A DNA stretch of 64,000 nucleotides from Eledone cirrhosa (taxonomy: Eukaryota): assembly GCA_964016885.1 (NCBI GenBank), contig OZ024746.1:34782001-34846000 (forward strand), in the 5' to 3' direction. Under the pieces are notes generated by a model. That model saw only the letters and a list, made by a program, of their open reading frames with translations, was not told the DNA's origin and did no database searches. Shown here piece by piece: positions 26,580 through 40,395 of this stretch; positions within the stretch are counted from its first letter, which is position 1; every line of letters starts with the position of its first letter. The position numbers were made by a program, and so were the translations under genes.

Positions 26580-27105
26580 CAATATATATTTTAAAATATT
26601 TTCAGGGACATCTATCCATAGGTAATCATTTTATATCACGATGTTATTGATTGCGAGATAAACATCACACAATAAAACAATTGTTTTTCATTTCCAACTA
26701 GACAGAACCTAGAATATTGTCATGTTTTCCTGAGTAATAGAACGTGAGGTTTCCTTAGGTAAGATTCTATCGTTATTTCTTTCGTTTATCATTTATTAAG
26801 CAACAGTTAAAAATATAGATTTAATATATATAGACTATGAAAAGTCTTTCATCACACAACTGTGACATCATCAGTGGTACCGTTATGTTTCCTCGCGTTG
26901 TATTGAAATGTCTATTTTATTTATTTATTCTTATCTCTGCTTGCGCATGACTTTGTGTGTGTGTTTTCTGTTTAGTGTGTGTTCTTGTCAGAGATTGTGT
27001 GTGTTTACGTGTGGTTGTTGTTATTGTACCTGTGTATATTGTGAGTGTGTTTTATTTATTATTATTTCTGGCACTATTATAACAGTATGACCGTCAACAA
27101 ATGTA
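26580..27105 (-). mobile_element. Older family-B-related PLE pseudo-LTR remnant with hammerhead motif at about 26838-26878
   Basis: Minus strand acca-CTGATGA-tgtcacagttgtgtgat-GAAA-gact-TT; flanks resemble 24660-24920. Confidence 0.55.
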
Positions 27106-27118
27106 AACATATATATAT

Positions 27119-27126
27119 GTGTGTGG

Positions 27127-27192
<66 letters not shown>

Positions 27193-27228
27193 CTGTGTGT
27201 GTGTGTGTGTGTGGGTGGGTGTGTGTGT

Positions 27229-27283
<55 letters not shown>

Positions 27284-27332
27284 AATTTAGAAAACGCGAG
27301 ATACACAGACATAAACACAATACATTTCCCGC

Positions 27333-27370
<38 letters not shown>

Positions 27371-27387
27371 ATATATCTGTGTATATA

Positions 27388-27426
<39 letters not shown>
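27119..27426. repeat. (TG)n and (TA)n microsatellites
   Basis: Seen directly. Confidence 0.9.
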
Positions 27427-27430
<4 letters not shown>

Positions 27431-29469
27431 TATACAGTGGGAGAAGAAAAGAAAGAGAGAGTGAGAGCGCGTAACCTCGAGCCAGTTAGTTTGTAACAGG
27501 TCTAAATTTCATTCAAGCAACTGAGACAAGTTAGGATATAATATGTATTCAAGCTAATGACGTTAGAATGTAATGAGTTATTTCCTCTTTTCTCAGAATT
27601 TTAATCCCATTAACGTTCGAGTTATTGTGCTGAAACAGAAATTTATAATACTTATAGCTGAGGATTTATAACGTATTGCTATTATCTTATTCCTAGCATC
27701 GAGATAGGTTTCTATTTGTTGACTTGCCTATTATTATTATCATCTAATGTTTATAATTTCTGTGTATTGTTTATTAAGCATTGTCACCTATTCCTCGTTA
27801 TTTGTATTTGAAGGACAGATTTAAATTAATTTTCATTGAGCTCTTCCTATTATTATTCTACATTTATTTTATTTACCTCTTCTTAGACTAGTTTTGGCAT
27901 ATTTGCCGACTGCTCTATTCATTTAATTCATTTTATTTTGGCTAATACATATAAATTATCCATACATAAAATAATTTATATTTTTGCATAGTATTTTAAA
28001 CATTTGAGTTTTCGTTTCACATTTTATAATAGAATATTCATAAGACAGAAAAGTGTATTCACAAAATTCTGAAACATATTTTTGCGCCTCGTTGTGACAC
28101 AGATTATTTCCAACTCGGCACACTACGTTTCATAAAATTATTTTGAGGATTATTTTTCATAAGCTTTCCAGTATCCATAAGTATGATATGATATGTAAGA
28201 TGGTTTTCCAGTATTCTATACATAGAGTACAATTCTTTTTTTGCTTTCGTCTTATTTTGCAATTTTAAAACATGTCTCCGTCACCAGAGGTGGTAAATTT
28301 CTTAAACGATTTTGTTATAGAGAATGAATTAAACAGAAGTGTTTGTAATTATTTGGTAATCTAGTTGTTTATATTTAGTTTTGACGGCTTCTGTTGTTTA
28401 AAACATTTTAGAAAACATATTGATGTACTCATCTAGAAACGATGCTGCTTTGTTTCGTAATTATTTGACATTTATCCGAGAGGCAATTTAGTTACAACTT
28501 GGAAAGCTTTGCAGTAGTTTCAACAACTGATTACTGTAGTGAAGTATTTGTGGTGGCTGGCACATGTATTTTTATACTTGACGCTTGTGATTCTTAGTCA
28601 ATTTTAGTGGAGTGGTATTTTACTACAGTTATGTTGGGCTGATATTTAAATTAGTATTATGATATTACATGATATCTCAATAAATCTCTGCATTCGGTTC
28701 TAATGTTTCAATTTCATGGTCTGAAAACTTTCTAAAGAGACATCCTTTTTTTTACTTTCTATTTAATTGATGTTAATATTTTTGTATACATTTGTTTTTG
28801 GCCGTGCCCGCTATTAGACAATCACATATCAATTTCGTTTGCACATTTTGAATTTCGATTCTGCTTATTTTATTTCATGGGCTGCAGGATTCTTCAAAAG
28901 ATCTGCTTGTATGTAGATATTATTTAATGAAGGTGCTAATTTAGGTGCCATGACCATATATGTCTCTCGAAACATGTATGTTGACTCTGTTAGGGTGAAT
29001 GCTTGTCTTAGAAAGATTTACCTCAATGGAAAATGTGGGTAAATTGTTTTTATTGTAGTGTTCGTATTTGTTGTTCTAGTTTAAACATGGGTCAACACTG
29101 ACTGAAAAGGACTATGAACGAAATAATTCATGTATTTATCTAGCGAGTTATTCTATTCGAAATTAGGAAGCTTTAACACAAGAGAGATTTCGATGCTATT
29201 TCTAGAAGTTAGGTTTACGTTTATTTAATGTAAATGTTGTGCTTCGGTCTGGCATTCTACCCTTCTCACATGCTCAATAACAGTTTCACTATCAAACTTT
29301 ATATTTCTCCCAATCTCGAATTATATGAACTTTTCCTCTGATAAAAATGAACTATTTAACATGAATACCCACAGTCTACTTGATATTATATCGCCATCCA
29401 ACTGCATTTCTCTTTTACTGTATCTACTGCATCTCCCTTTGTCGCTCTCTCCACTTCTTTTTTTCTCTT

Positions 29470-29506
<37 letters not shown>

Positions 29507-30715
29507 GTGTGTCGGTGTGTGGGTGGGCGTGTATGTGCGTTTGTGTGCATGAATCTGTGTGTGTTTTTGTGTGTGTGTGTGTATGTGTATGAATGTGTGT
29601 GTTTGTGTGTGTGTAATTTCTGCACAACATAATACATATTGTAAGATCGTTATCAGTACATGTTATATTGCTCGCGGTGGAATTATAAATGTATTACGTT
29701 ATTACAACTTGGCCATTCCTCAGAAGACAGACATGTTAATAAATCCATTTTCGGTGGAATAGTATGATGAAACAGCTATGTATAACAAAATCAGATCTGA
29801 AATTAGCTGAGATGCCCTGTCTAATTTGCAATAATACTTATCATTGATAAATATTCAACATCCAATTGATTTCGTCTTTGGCGAATTTGGTCAGACCTGT
29901 TTACAAAGTTCTAGTTTATGTTCCATATATCTTACATTTTCTTAAATATGCTCTATATTTCCATAGCTATTGCTAAAGTCCGTCACCATCAAATCTATAA
30001 TATGCGAATTACAGAGGTTATGTCATTACCAGTTTGTGTTTCATATGCATGTACGTATGTATATATGTATGTATATACATCATATGATTATACATACATA
30101 TGATGTATATACATACATACATACATCATACATATCTGTATATACATCATCATCATGTATGTATATACATCATCATATGTATATATATGTAAATCCTGAT
30201 GGTGGCTTAGGAGTTCTGTCTTAATATACGTCATCCCTTGGACATTTTAAAATCTGGGTACTCTATAGGACTAAACACTGTAGATTTCCTCCAAGAAATC
30301 AAGTTAAATAATCGATCGCAATGCAGAATTGCTATATCTTTATCGAACTAGAAAAAATTAAATGGAAATTAGATGGCGGATGCAATGCAACACAAAGCGG
30401 AGAGAGCCAGAAGCAATAGCGCTAAGTATTCAATTTGACGTCCGTGTAACTTTGTCAATTCACTGTCTTATAAAATGCATTTAACTATATACACTTTCTT
30501 GAAAAACATTACATGGGTATTTCTCTAGTTCTCTTCTCATGAAGCTCATTAAACACGGATCATGTAAATGCAAGTTATTATGGCTTTCGATTTACCAAGA
30601 AAATAAATATATGTTTTAAATGTATTAAAACTTTCACATCAAAATTTGCAAATTGTACGTATGTAGTTTACACATAAAATAAATTTATCTTATATTTACT
30701 AATGTAAGATATGAC

Positions 30716-30903
30716 GTGCATAAATACATATATACACACATGTATGTATATATATATTATATATATATGGCTCCTGTCTCATTAGTTATGATTGCATTGT
30801 CGCACCTGGTACTTTTGTATGGTTCCATTGTAACATATATATATATTGTATATATATGTATATATATGTATATATATATATATATATATATGTATGATAT
30901 ACA

Positions 30904-30994
<91 letters not shown>

Positions 30995-31256
30995 GTGTGT
31001 GTGTATGTGTGCGTGCGCACGTGTATGTGTAGGTGTATGAGTGGGTGTGTGTGTATGTGTATGAAGCGGTGCAGTGCCTAGGTTTAATGTAAAGAACGAA
31101 AAAAGTGTTTAATTTAGAAAATAAAATTAAACAACAAATACATATATATGCACAAACATACATGCACATACACATACTTACATTCATGCCTTGTACACAC
31201 ACATACACGCAATGACACACACACACACACCCACTCACATACACACACACATATAT

Positions 31257-31287
<31 letters not shown>

Positions 31288-31531
31288 CCTCATTATGTAC
31301 ATACTTTCAGACAGACAAGCTGGTAAATGAAAGAAAGTAAATTTGTAAATTGAAGGAAAGATATATAGCATTAATTTCATATATGATTGTCATGTGCGAA
31401 TTGTTATAAGCATTTATTTAGGCGGGTCTATGTGTGTGTAATTCTGTACAACCCTCCGTGATTCTCTAACCACACATTTCTCACGCCCCCTCTCATTTTA
31501 CACATGCACACATACACACACATGTATATAC

Positions 31532-31600
<69 letters not shown>

Positions 31601-31601
31601 C

Positions 31602-31685
<84 letters not shown>

Positions 31686-32024
31686 TATATATAGATTGCT
31701 AGATTGCTATGCGTGCGTATAAATATATACTTGTATTAATTGTATATATAAAAAGGTTTATATTTGTGTGTATTAGGGTTGGTATATTTGCGTGGGTTAC
31801 GAATATGATTCTGTTATATGACGCATGTCTTCATATATCGTACATTTAACACTGCACGCATATATACATGTGTATATAATTACGTCACAAATTGTGTATA
31901 TGTTTATGTTTGTGTGCTCGTATCTCGGTCTCTCTCTAACTTATTCACTCTCTATGTATACGTATATATATATGTATTTGCATGTGTGTAAATGAGAAGG
32001 TTTCATATTTATTATTCATATATA

Positions 32025-32059
<35 letters not shown>

Positions 32060-32107
32060 GCGTGTTTGTGTGTATGAGTGGATAGAATCTTAAGACCAAA
32101 ACAAAAG

Positions 32108-32150
<43 letters not shown>
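30716..32150. repeat. Microsatellite-rich low-complexity region
   Basis: Multiple (TA)n/(CA)n tracts; its ORFs are Y/I dipeptide artefacts. Confidence 0.85.
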
Positions 32151-32155
<5 letters not shown>

Positions 32156-32640
32156 TTATTTATGTTTGTGTATGTATATATGCATATGTAAGCGTTCGTG
32201 TAATTCTGCATTCTTAAGTATATAGCCTATCTATCTATGCTTGTGTTGCAGTGCCTATGTATTCATGCATGCATGGTTTTTTAAATGCGTGCATATGTTC
32301 TTAATTATCACTTGAATCATTGCCTGACGGCAATAAACTGCTTCTGATATTTGCAGTAATGTTTAATTAGTCATACCTCTTCTCATCAATGTAAATGTGT
32401 GTGTATGTGTCGCATTGTGGATGGATTAGAAACTAAAATACCAATATATAGGTGAAACCTAAAAAGAAGACATTGATTTTAAGTAGAACATTTGAGACAG
32501 TTTTAAACGGAAACTTTCCAAAACAGTTTTCAAGAATTGGTATTTTGTTCTGTAGCAGCAGCCGCTATACACGAACTAGCAACATAGTGACATAAATAAT
32601 AATTATATATTTTTTTCTGTTGGCCACTCTAGCCGAAAGA

Positions 32641-33263
32641 GAGAGGACTATACAAATAAACAGGGACATTAGGAATTTATATAAATGCATGTAAACACAG
32701 GGAAAATAGGAACAACGAACAATAAAATAAAGAGAATTCCCCAATTCCGGGAATCAGAACCAGCGGGTAGTTGAAGAAGTCAACAGACCTAGGACCACCC
32801 TAATTAACAAAAGAACTATCGGGAGGTGGCAATTTTTTCTCTAAATTCTCCAGCCTACAGTCGCATGGTCAAATTAGGTCCACCCACTCGGGTGATTCTC
32901 GCTACATTCAGTCACCTTTTATGAAATGTAATGGAGAGCAGTCCATTACTCTCGAACCTCAACTTGTTTCTCCAGCTAGAACTTCAAAAAGGTGATGAGG
33001 GCTTAACCAAAAACGAACGTGTCTATCTTTAATCCTTTCAGTCGCGTCCATCACACAGGCTCTTTCGTTAGCGACGAGAGAGGAAAATTGTCTGCCATTC
33101 CTAACCCCCATGTCACACACACACACACCGCAGTGGGGGTCATCTTCACAGTGGAGTACGTCGAAACACGGATCTTTCCGATACGTGAAAATAACTTATC
33201 GGCAAAACTTCCACGATTCAGCAGTGCTCGGACACTGAATGAGTGCGCACTGCACGGTTTCAT
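32641..33263 (-). mobile_element. Older 5'-truncated 3' fragment of the L1/Tx1 family at 41908-47770
   Basis: Reverse complement aligns with 47135-47760 (DETV..ALIQCP, WTRLKGLKIDTF, ...MRL-stop, 3' UTR tttgtat..tcc). Confidence 0.8.
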
Positions 33264-33969
33264 CCATATTCTTACACATGCTGAGAAAAATGAAATTATG
33301 AAGTATGTTAAGAAGATTTAAGAATACCAATATCAGAAAGGGAGAGATATGAATATGATACAAAGCCAATATATGGGCTGTAGGTTCTCATTAGCAGAGA
33401 AACTGCTGCGCACTTTGATATTCTTTGCGACTTTTCTTGCAGAATCACAAGCATTTTCGAAATGTATTCTTAAACATCAAAAGTTACCTGATGTTGCTTT
33501 CCATTCTCTTAATTGCATTAACCTTCCATTTTTCATATTGAAACTGTAGGTGACAACTGAGATTGCAAGCGTATTTATGACGGATAGATTAATTCTTGAG
33601 CTATGCACATAATCTTCGGTAGAATTCCTTCTTGATTATCTCATTCATCCTGACGTTTTTTATAACTTGTTTAACTCCCAAAATATATTTAACCAACGAA
33701 AATTTCAGAAATTGAGATACGTCATAAAAAAGAATACAGCTTGAAAAAACAACTAACACATATAACAATTTTGAAGCAGTAAATCATTATAATGATAAAA
33801 TCAGGTGCAAATTTGATAAATTAAATTACAAACACGTCAGATTCAAACTCCTGAACATTTAGAGAATACTGACCATAAATCCTGAAATACAACAAAAGAT
33901 AAATAGAAGAATATGTGAAAGACAAAATATTAAGGTGCATTAAAGTTTAAATCCTGACCACGTTGTATT

Positions 33970-35150
33970 AAAAATGGAAATAGCCCAAGACTTACTCGAA
34001 TTAGATCTTCTTACGTATGAAATTATCGACAAGAGACTCCTTCATAAAACATAAACAGCAATAAAACAGTATAAAATGGTCATCGTAGTCTCGATGAAAA
34101 TAAATACAAATAAATACAAATAAATACAAATAAATACAAATAAATACTGTTTATCGCTAAACAGGATGAAATATTAAAATAAGTAATAATTTCAGTTTTA
34201 AATATATTTGCGTACACACCTATCTAAACTTCAACGTGGAAAATTCTTATACGAAAGATAAGAGAAACGAGCAAACAATCAAAACAAGACAATTTAAAGA
34301 GCAAAATACTTCAGGATCAAAACAAAAGTATATCACGAATTAAAGATTAGATCCTTTTAAGTTGGCAGAAACTCTGTCTGTACGACAAATACCAAAATTC
34401 CTTTGAAGAAACATTTTCGAAGTAATTTCAAATGGCATTGTCAACGAATTATTCGGATCGAAGGAATAATCATGGATATTAAAAAACAACAACGATAAAC
34501 GTGTCTGTATATTCCTGGGAGTCCAGAGGAACAGAGAAAATAATGAACACACTGTGAAAAAAAAGAAAAACGAAAAAACCCGACAAGCATCAAATCATTA
34601 TTGTTAATATATGTAATAAACACACATTAGGTGCTTGGAGAGAAACTTAATGAGATACAGGTGGAGTCGGGCACAACAGGTTAGTTAACAATTTCTAGCG
34701 TTCCAATACGATACAAAGCCTTTATTTCAATAATATCGCAAAGAAAATAAACATTTCTGGAAAGGACAACATAATTCCAGATGAGTAGAAATAATGTAAA
34801 TATAGCGGATAACGGATAAGATTGGGGGTGCCTTAAGCAGAGTGATTATCAGCAAATGTTTTTTCTAAGGATCTTTGGTTTCTAAAAGCGTTTATCTTGA
34901 AAACTCGAACAATGAGTGAAGTAGCACCAAAGAGAGGATACAAGAAACATATTGGTAAATTGCAGACAGCTTTATATATGAAGATGAAATAGATTATGAA
35001 AGCTACTATAAAAAAACCATTATTACAATGGTAATTTCTATCTACACTTCTTTTCCTGGCAGTGAAATTCTTATTCAGGATCTTAAACGGGAATGGACTC
35101 GGATACAAATACTATGGCAAGAAAATCAACAAATGTTTGTATATATGGAC
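33970..35150 (+). mobile_element. Possible highly degenerate LINE RT remnant
   Basis: Faint ordered motifs: KAF(I/D)SI-like near 34715 and GVP-like near 34825; no long ORF. Confidence 0.3.
34098..34147. repeat. (AAATAAATAC)5 minisatellite
   Basis: Seen directly. Confidence 0.9.
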
Positions 35151-36767
35151 ATGCTCAATGTCAACGAAAGTAGGTGAGAAAAGAATGAAATTTATATAGG
35201 AATTTGACACGTACAATGAACCAACGTAAACGACGACGAATTGTATTTAATATAATGAATTCGATGATAGATAAAGAAATGGAGATAATAGAATTTGAGG
35301 AAACATATGAAACATATTTAGAAATCAAAATTATCTAATATTATTTTCGTGGGATTTTGCATCAAAATGTACAAAATGAAACAATGAATGTGAAGCACTT
35401 TCCGACAGTGTAACTATTCTGCAAATTCATACCAACTGTCTGTAGCAATTTTATATCAATGTTTTATCTCGAATGTATAGGTTTAAACATACCAAATAAG
35501 TTCAAAGACGTGTAAGAAACCGATATTTTCTTTTTACTTTTAGTTGTTATCTGCTTGCAGACATTTAACTCTACAACAAGAATATATCTACGTACGCTTT
35601 CTAACGCACCATTAGATTGGCTTGGTAATACATGAAAGTATGTACGTAGATTCTCATAAAGACATATACGAGAATTTAACCTGATTGATGTAAATTAATA
35701 ACTGTTATATTCGATGACTGAATGCTGTCGTGTTTTTAACTTGTATTCAAAAACACATTAGTTAAACACGTGCTTATGAATTGTTATTCTAATAGGATCA
35801 GTCTAATATTTGTTAGTATGAAGAAAATTCAGATGAAATTTTATGTAATCACTTATTGAGCTATCTATAATCTTAGTTTTAATTAAATTTCCTACAGACA
35901 CATATATTCAGACAAATCATTATGAGAGGTGTTACAAAACGCGTGGCTAATATACGGGGTGGGTGGAAATACGTAATCCAATATGAAACGAATAATTAAT
36001 AACTGACTTTTTGAGAGGAAGTATGGATGAATATAAGTAGAATGAAAAAAAACATTCTGCCACGATAGACGGAAATTGTATCCTTCCATACATTGAAGAT
36101 GATGAAGGAGTATTTGTGGCTAACTGAAATTTACTATATTAATTTTGTATCAGTGTTTAGTTTTTAAGGTTCACTTTCGTTACTGGATAAGTCTCTAATT
36201 TATATAAGGCTAATTTATTTTCGTCGACATTCAGAGTTTATCCGAAATCTTCATTGTATTTTACCCGCCCCTATACCTCTATTCAACGGCAAGGTGGAGT
36301 TTCCAACGGTTGTACTGCCCGATTTGCAGAGAGCTGAAAGCACTTGAAAACATTACAGTATCTAAGGGGTCTCTCTAAGTCTCCACTTGACCTACGACAT
36401 TGGGCTCAGCAAAGGCTGATGCCGTATGTCCCTTTTGCAACAAAAATTATAATAAAATAAGCGATTTAAATAGGTAGAAAAAATAACAAACGAACGGGAG
36501 CGAAGAAAAATACGTTTGAACAAATCAATGATCAATAATAATGTGGATGTATGTATGTGTGTGGTGTGTGTAGGTGCGTCCATGAATATCGTTTCTCTAT
36601 ATCTATGTATACGTATGTGTATGTATGTGTATGTTTGTGTGTATATATATATATATGTATATGTGTGTATGTATATATATGTGTGTGTATATATGCATAT
36701 GTTTGTATATATATATATGTATGTGAATGCACATATATATATATTTTATATATTATATATATATATG

Positions 36768-36807
<40 letters not shown>

Positions 36808-37542
36808 AGGACAGCATATTCGAAGTTCGATCAGCAGCCAAGCCAACGAATGCCTTCAGTGGTGGAGCCAAGCATTCGCCAAGGAATAAACCTCAGAGTA
36901 ATAACATACAGTTTAAAAGGGCTTGCAAATTGAAAACAGCGACGGCTAATTAACCGCGTGATCTGTAGCAACGAAAAAACTGACTAGTGAGAAAAGGAAA
37001 TACACACACACACACATACACACACATATATATATACATATAAATATATACATACATACATATATGCACGTATCTGTATATATAACATACCTGGACCAAC
37101 ACTTGGAAATTACTGAATAACCAAGTGAGGTTTCTGTAAATCCGAAATCAACAAAATCCGCTTGTGATGTATACAAGTTAGGTTTCTGGAAGATCGAACA
37201 GAGCAATTTACTTTCTCAACAGGCTTTCGTTCTAACCCCAAATCCGGTGTGATGCACATGTTACTCCAAACGGGGGGTAACCCCATTTTCTGGCGGTCAA
37301 TTCAAAAATGGATAGGTAATGGAAAACATTCCATACACAAACTGAATTAATCATTCAAACAGACCGTTATTAAACAAATTAAATAATTAACCAATCAATA
37401 GAATTGTCAAATTAAATTAATCAATTAATCATTAGGTCAAGGAGATAGTAATACAATAGTACAGCATATACGAAGCTCGATCAGCAGCCAAGTCAACGAA
37501 TGCCTTTAGTAGTGGAGCCAAGCATTCGACAATATATATATA

Positions 37543-38923
37543 TTTGGGAGGGTCATTTTGCCAATAAGAAACACACGCACCAGCTGTTTCACTCCAATTT
37601 ATTATAAATAACATTTATAAATTTCTGGTTGGTTGGTTGGTTCCACAACCGGACGGTTGTTCCTATATTGTCAAAGTTATTTCGGTAGCTGGTCTTTCGA
37701 CTATCTTAATATTTAGCTTAAGTTTATCTAGAGAGACACAAACACCGTATGCAGTTCTCTGGTTACAATCAGAGAGAGAAAATCAGAGTATATAAAGGTG
37801 CCAGAACCAAATGGGAAAAAATGGTAAATAATGATACAAATGGGACCTGCCCCTTATAAAGGAGAACGTTTTCGAATTCAATATAAAGAACTAGGAATAA
37901 GATCAATAGAATAATCTCATGGTATGATAACAATAAATACCAGAGTGTAATGTTCTTCAATACAATCCCTAGAGGTGAATTATCTTACAAATTTAGACGG
38001 ACCCTAGATAAACTTAAACTAAATATTGAGATAGTAGAAAGACCAGGTACCTCCATAACAACACTTATTAGTAATACATAACCTTTTCAAAGACACCCCT
38101 GTATAGATAAGAAATGCATAATCTGCAAACTAAGCCCACATATTAAGTGTAAAACTAGAAACATAGTATATAGCATAAGATGTACTGAAGGATAATGTAA
38201 ATATAGTGTACATAGGTGAGACAGATCGTAGTATAGGAGAACGATTAAATGAACACTGGCGAGATCTTCTAGATAGAAAAGATTCATTAGAACTGCACCA
38301 ACATGCTAAATAAGAACATAAGGGTAAATTAGAGAACATAGAAATAAAAAATAAAATCTACACACATAAAAGACGCACTGTTTAGACAAATCACAGAGGC
38401 AATAAACATAAATGAACTCCTACCAAAATTAAATAGAAACATGAATGGAATAGCAACATCAAAACTTACAATTAAGGAGAAAATGAAAATACACATAGAA
38501 CAAACAACCAAACAGTAACATGTAAATAAACAAATAAATAAACAAATAAAAATATACACCGACACCCGGATGTAACACATGCGTAAACTAAGCACACAAC
38601 ACACACCAAAATAAGATGGCGTACGACAGAACAAAGGAGAGGCACAACAAAAAGAGAAGAATCCCCAGTCACTGAAGAGGTTACAGCATGTATTACGAAA
38701 GAACTTTGACAATATATGAAGAACCGTCCGGTTGTGGAACCAACCAACCAACCGGAAATTTATAAATTTCTTAAATTTATAAATTTAATTTATAATAAAT
38801 TGGAGTGAAAGCAGCTGGTGCGTGTGTTTCTTATTGGCAACATCGCCCTCCCAAAGTATAACAATATCGGTTTCAACACACGTTTTCAGATAAAGAATCT
38901 TGCTAAACAAATTCAGAAACGAT
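37543..38923 (+). mobile_element. PLE family B, 5'-truncated copy with inverted partial pseudo-LTR (37543-37687)
   Basis: 37745-38473 aligns with ORF 40393-41196 (with stops); 37543-37687 is the reverse complement of about 38695-38855; TA flanks. Confidence 0.9.
38667..38710 (+). ncRNA. Minimal hammerhead motif (family B), partly decayed
   Basis: gtca-CTGAAGA-ggttacagcatgtattac-GAAA-gaac-TT-tgac. Confidence 0.6.
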
Positions 38924-38945
38924 ATATATGTATATATATATATAT

Positions 38946-39100
38946 AAAAGAAGAAATTAAAAGATGGTTAAAAGATTGTTTATTATAACAAGTTCCATAT
39001 ATTTTATTATGCGCATTTCGAAAACCAGATCATGATGATGTTGTTTTCTAAATGCGCATAGTAAAATATATGGAACTTTTTTAGCCATCTTTTAATTTCT

Positions 39101-39107
<7 letters not shown>
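38946..39107. repeat. Palindrome of about 160 bp from the 52721-type pseudo-LTR end
   Basis: Arms aaagatggttaaa...ttccatatattttattatgcgcatttc and its reverse complement; homologous to 52725-52772 / 53325-53380. Confidence 0.8.
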
Positions 39108-39154
<47 letters not shown>

Positions 39155-39157
<3 letters not shown>

Positions 39158-39620
39158 GAAATCACATGAATCAAAGTTCTGTTCAAACCAAACCATTTAT
39201 TAGCTTACAATTGTTTCATCCAAACCGAGGTTTGTAGACTTCGGAGCAATTTTTCAATGATTGTTTACATACATGACCTCCTTTCCAACACAAGATACAT
39301 ACAGAAACATATGTATATATCGATGCACAGTGGGGTGACATCCATTATAATATTTAAGCATGGCAATTTATATTCAAAATTTAAATCATATTAAAAGAAA
39401 ATTAAAACAAAATTAAAGTTAAAATACAACATCCGCAGTTTACGAAGATAATGCAAGAGGTTAGTTTGAAGTAGTTAGTGTATGCAATAGTTACACGTGG
39501 GGCAAGCACGTGTGTCTTATTTATATGAGATTATTGTGCGGCAAGGTGTTATATGCAATACATATGCTTGTATTGCATATAATACCTTGCCGCACAATAA
39601 TCTCATATAAATAAGACACA
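39155..39620 (-). mobile_element. Family C repeat with hammerhead-like motif (39199-39250, core CCGAAGT) ending in a 110-bp fold-back (39511-39620)
   Basis: Colinear with 5140-5515; GAAA-caattg-TA; tgtgtcttatttatatgag...ctcatataaataagacaca hairpin. Confidence 0.75.
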
Positions 39621-39654
39621 AATATATTTATAACATATTTGAAACACTCAATAG

Positions 39655-39803
39655 GTGAAACTTGAAGGTCTCATTCCTGAATATGTCAAAAGAAACTTTC
39701 TATTTTCTCTGATGAGAGCGTGCCAAAGTTTTGTTACCCTTGATATAAATATAATAGAATAAATATGGTTTTATAAATATAGTTTCCATTTATTAATATC
39801 ATT
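39655..39803 (+). mobile_element. Solo family-A pseudo-LTR fragment with decayed hammerhead (39701-39761)
   Basis: Matches 3345-3505; CTGATGA present, GAAA changed to GATA. Confidence 0.8.
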
Positions 39804-40004
39804 TATATATATATATATATATATATGTACATAAACGGAAAAAATGAAACGAAATTTCATTTCCCACTCTTAGTACGGCTATTACTTAAATATAAGTATG
39901 TACACGTATATACACATATGTATACATAATATACAGTAGTATGTATATATATATATATATACATAATTGCACACATATATATATGTACGTATGGATTCAC
40001 CGAA

Positions 40005-40395
40005 CATTTATTATAATACTCGGTGTGTTTGTAAACAAACATCCCGTATTAGGCCGTAGTGTCTAGCAACCATCGTTGCTCGTTTGTTCAACACTGACAA
40101 AGGAACGCTGTACTAGTTTCAAGCTTATTAGCTATCCGTTTATCGTTTTCGGTGCACCCGGCCGATTAACCCACTCGATATGCAAATTGGGCTACTCAAT
40201 CGTTAATATGCATAAGGTAAGTATATACGTTCAACAACTGGCAGGAAGGTATACGTTGCTGACGATAGCTAATAAGCTTCAAACTAGTACAGCGTTCCTT
40301 TGTCAGTGTTGAACAAACGGGCAACGATGGTTGCTAGACACTACGGCTTAATACGGGATGTTTATTTACAAACACACCGAGCATTATAATAAATG
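40005..40395. mobile_element. MITE-like element: terminal inverted repeats of about 132 bp with a spacer of about 127 bp
   Basis: 40005-40136 and 40264-40395 are near-perfect reverse complements. Confidence 0.8.

Noticed and set aside
27480-29320. Possible host exons or old LINE in unique-looking AT-rich DNA
   Set aside because: No ORF or recognisable motif series could be assembled by eye; a profile-HMM search is needed.
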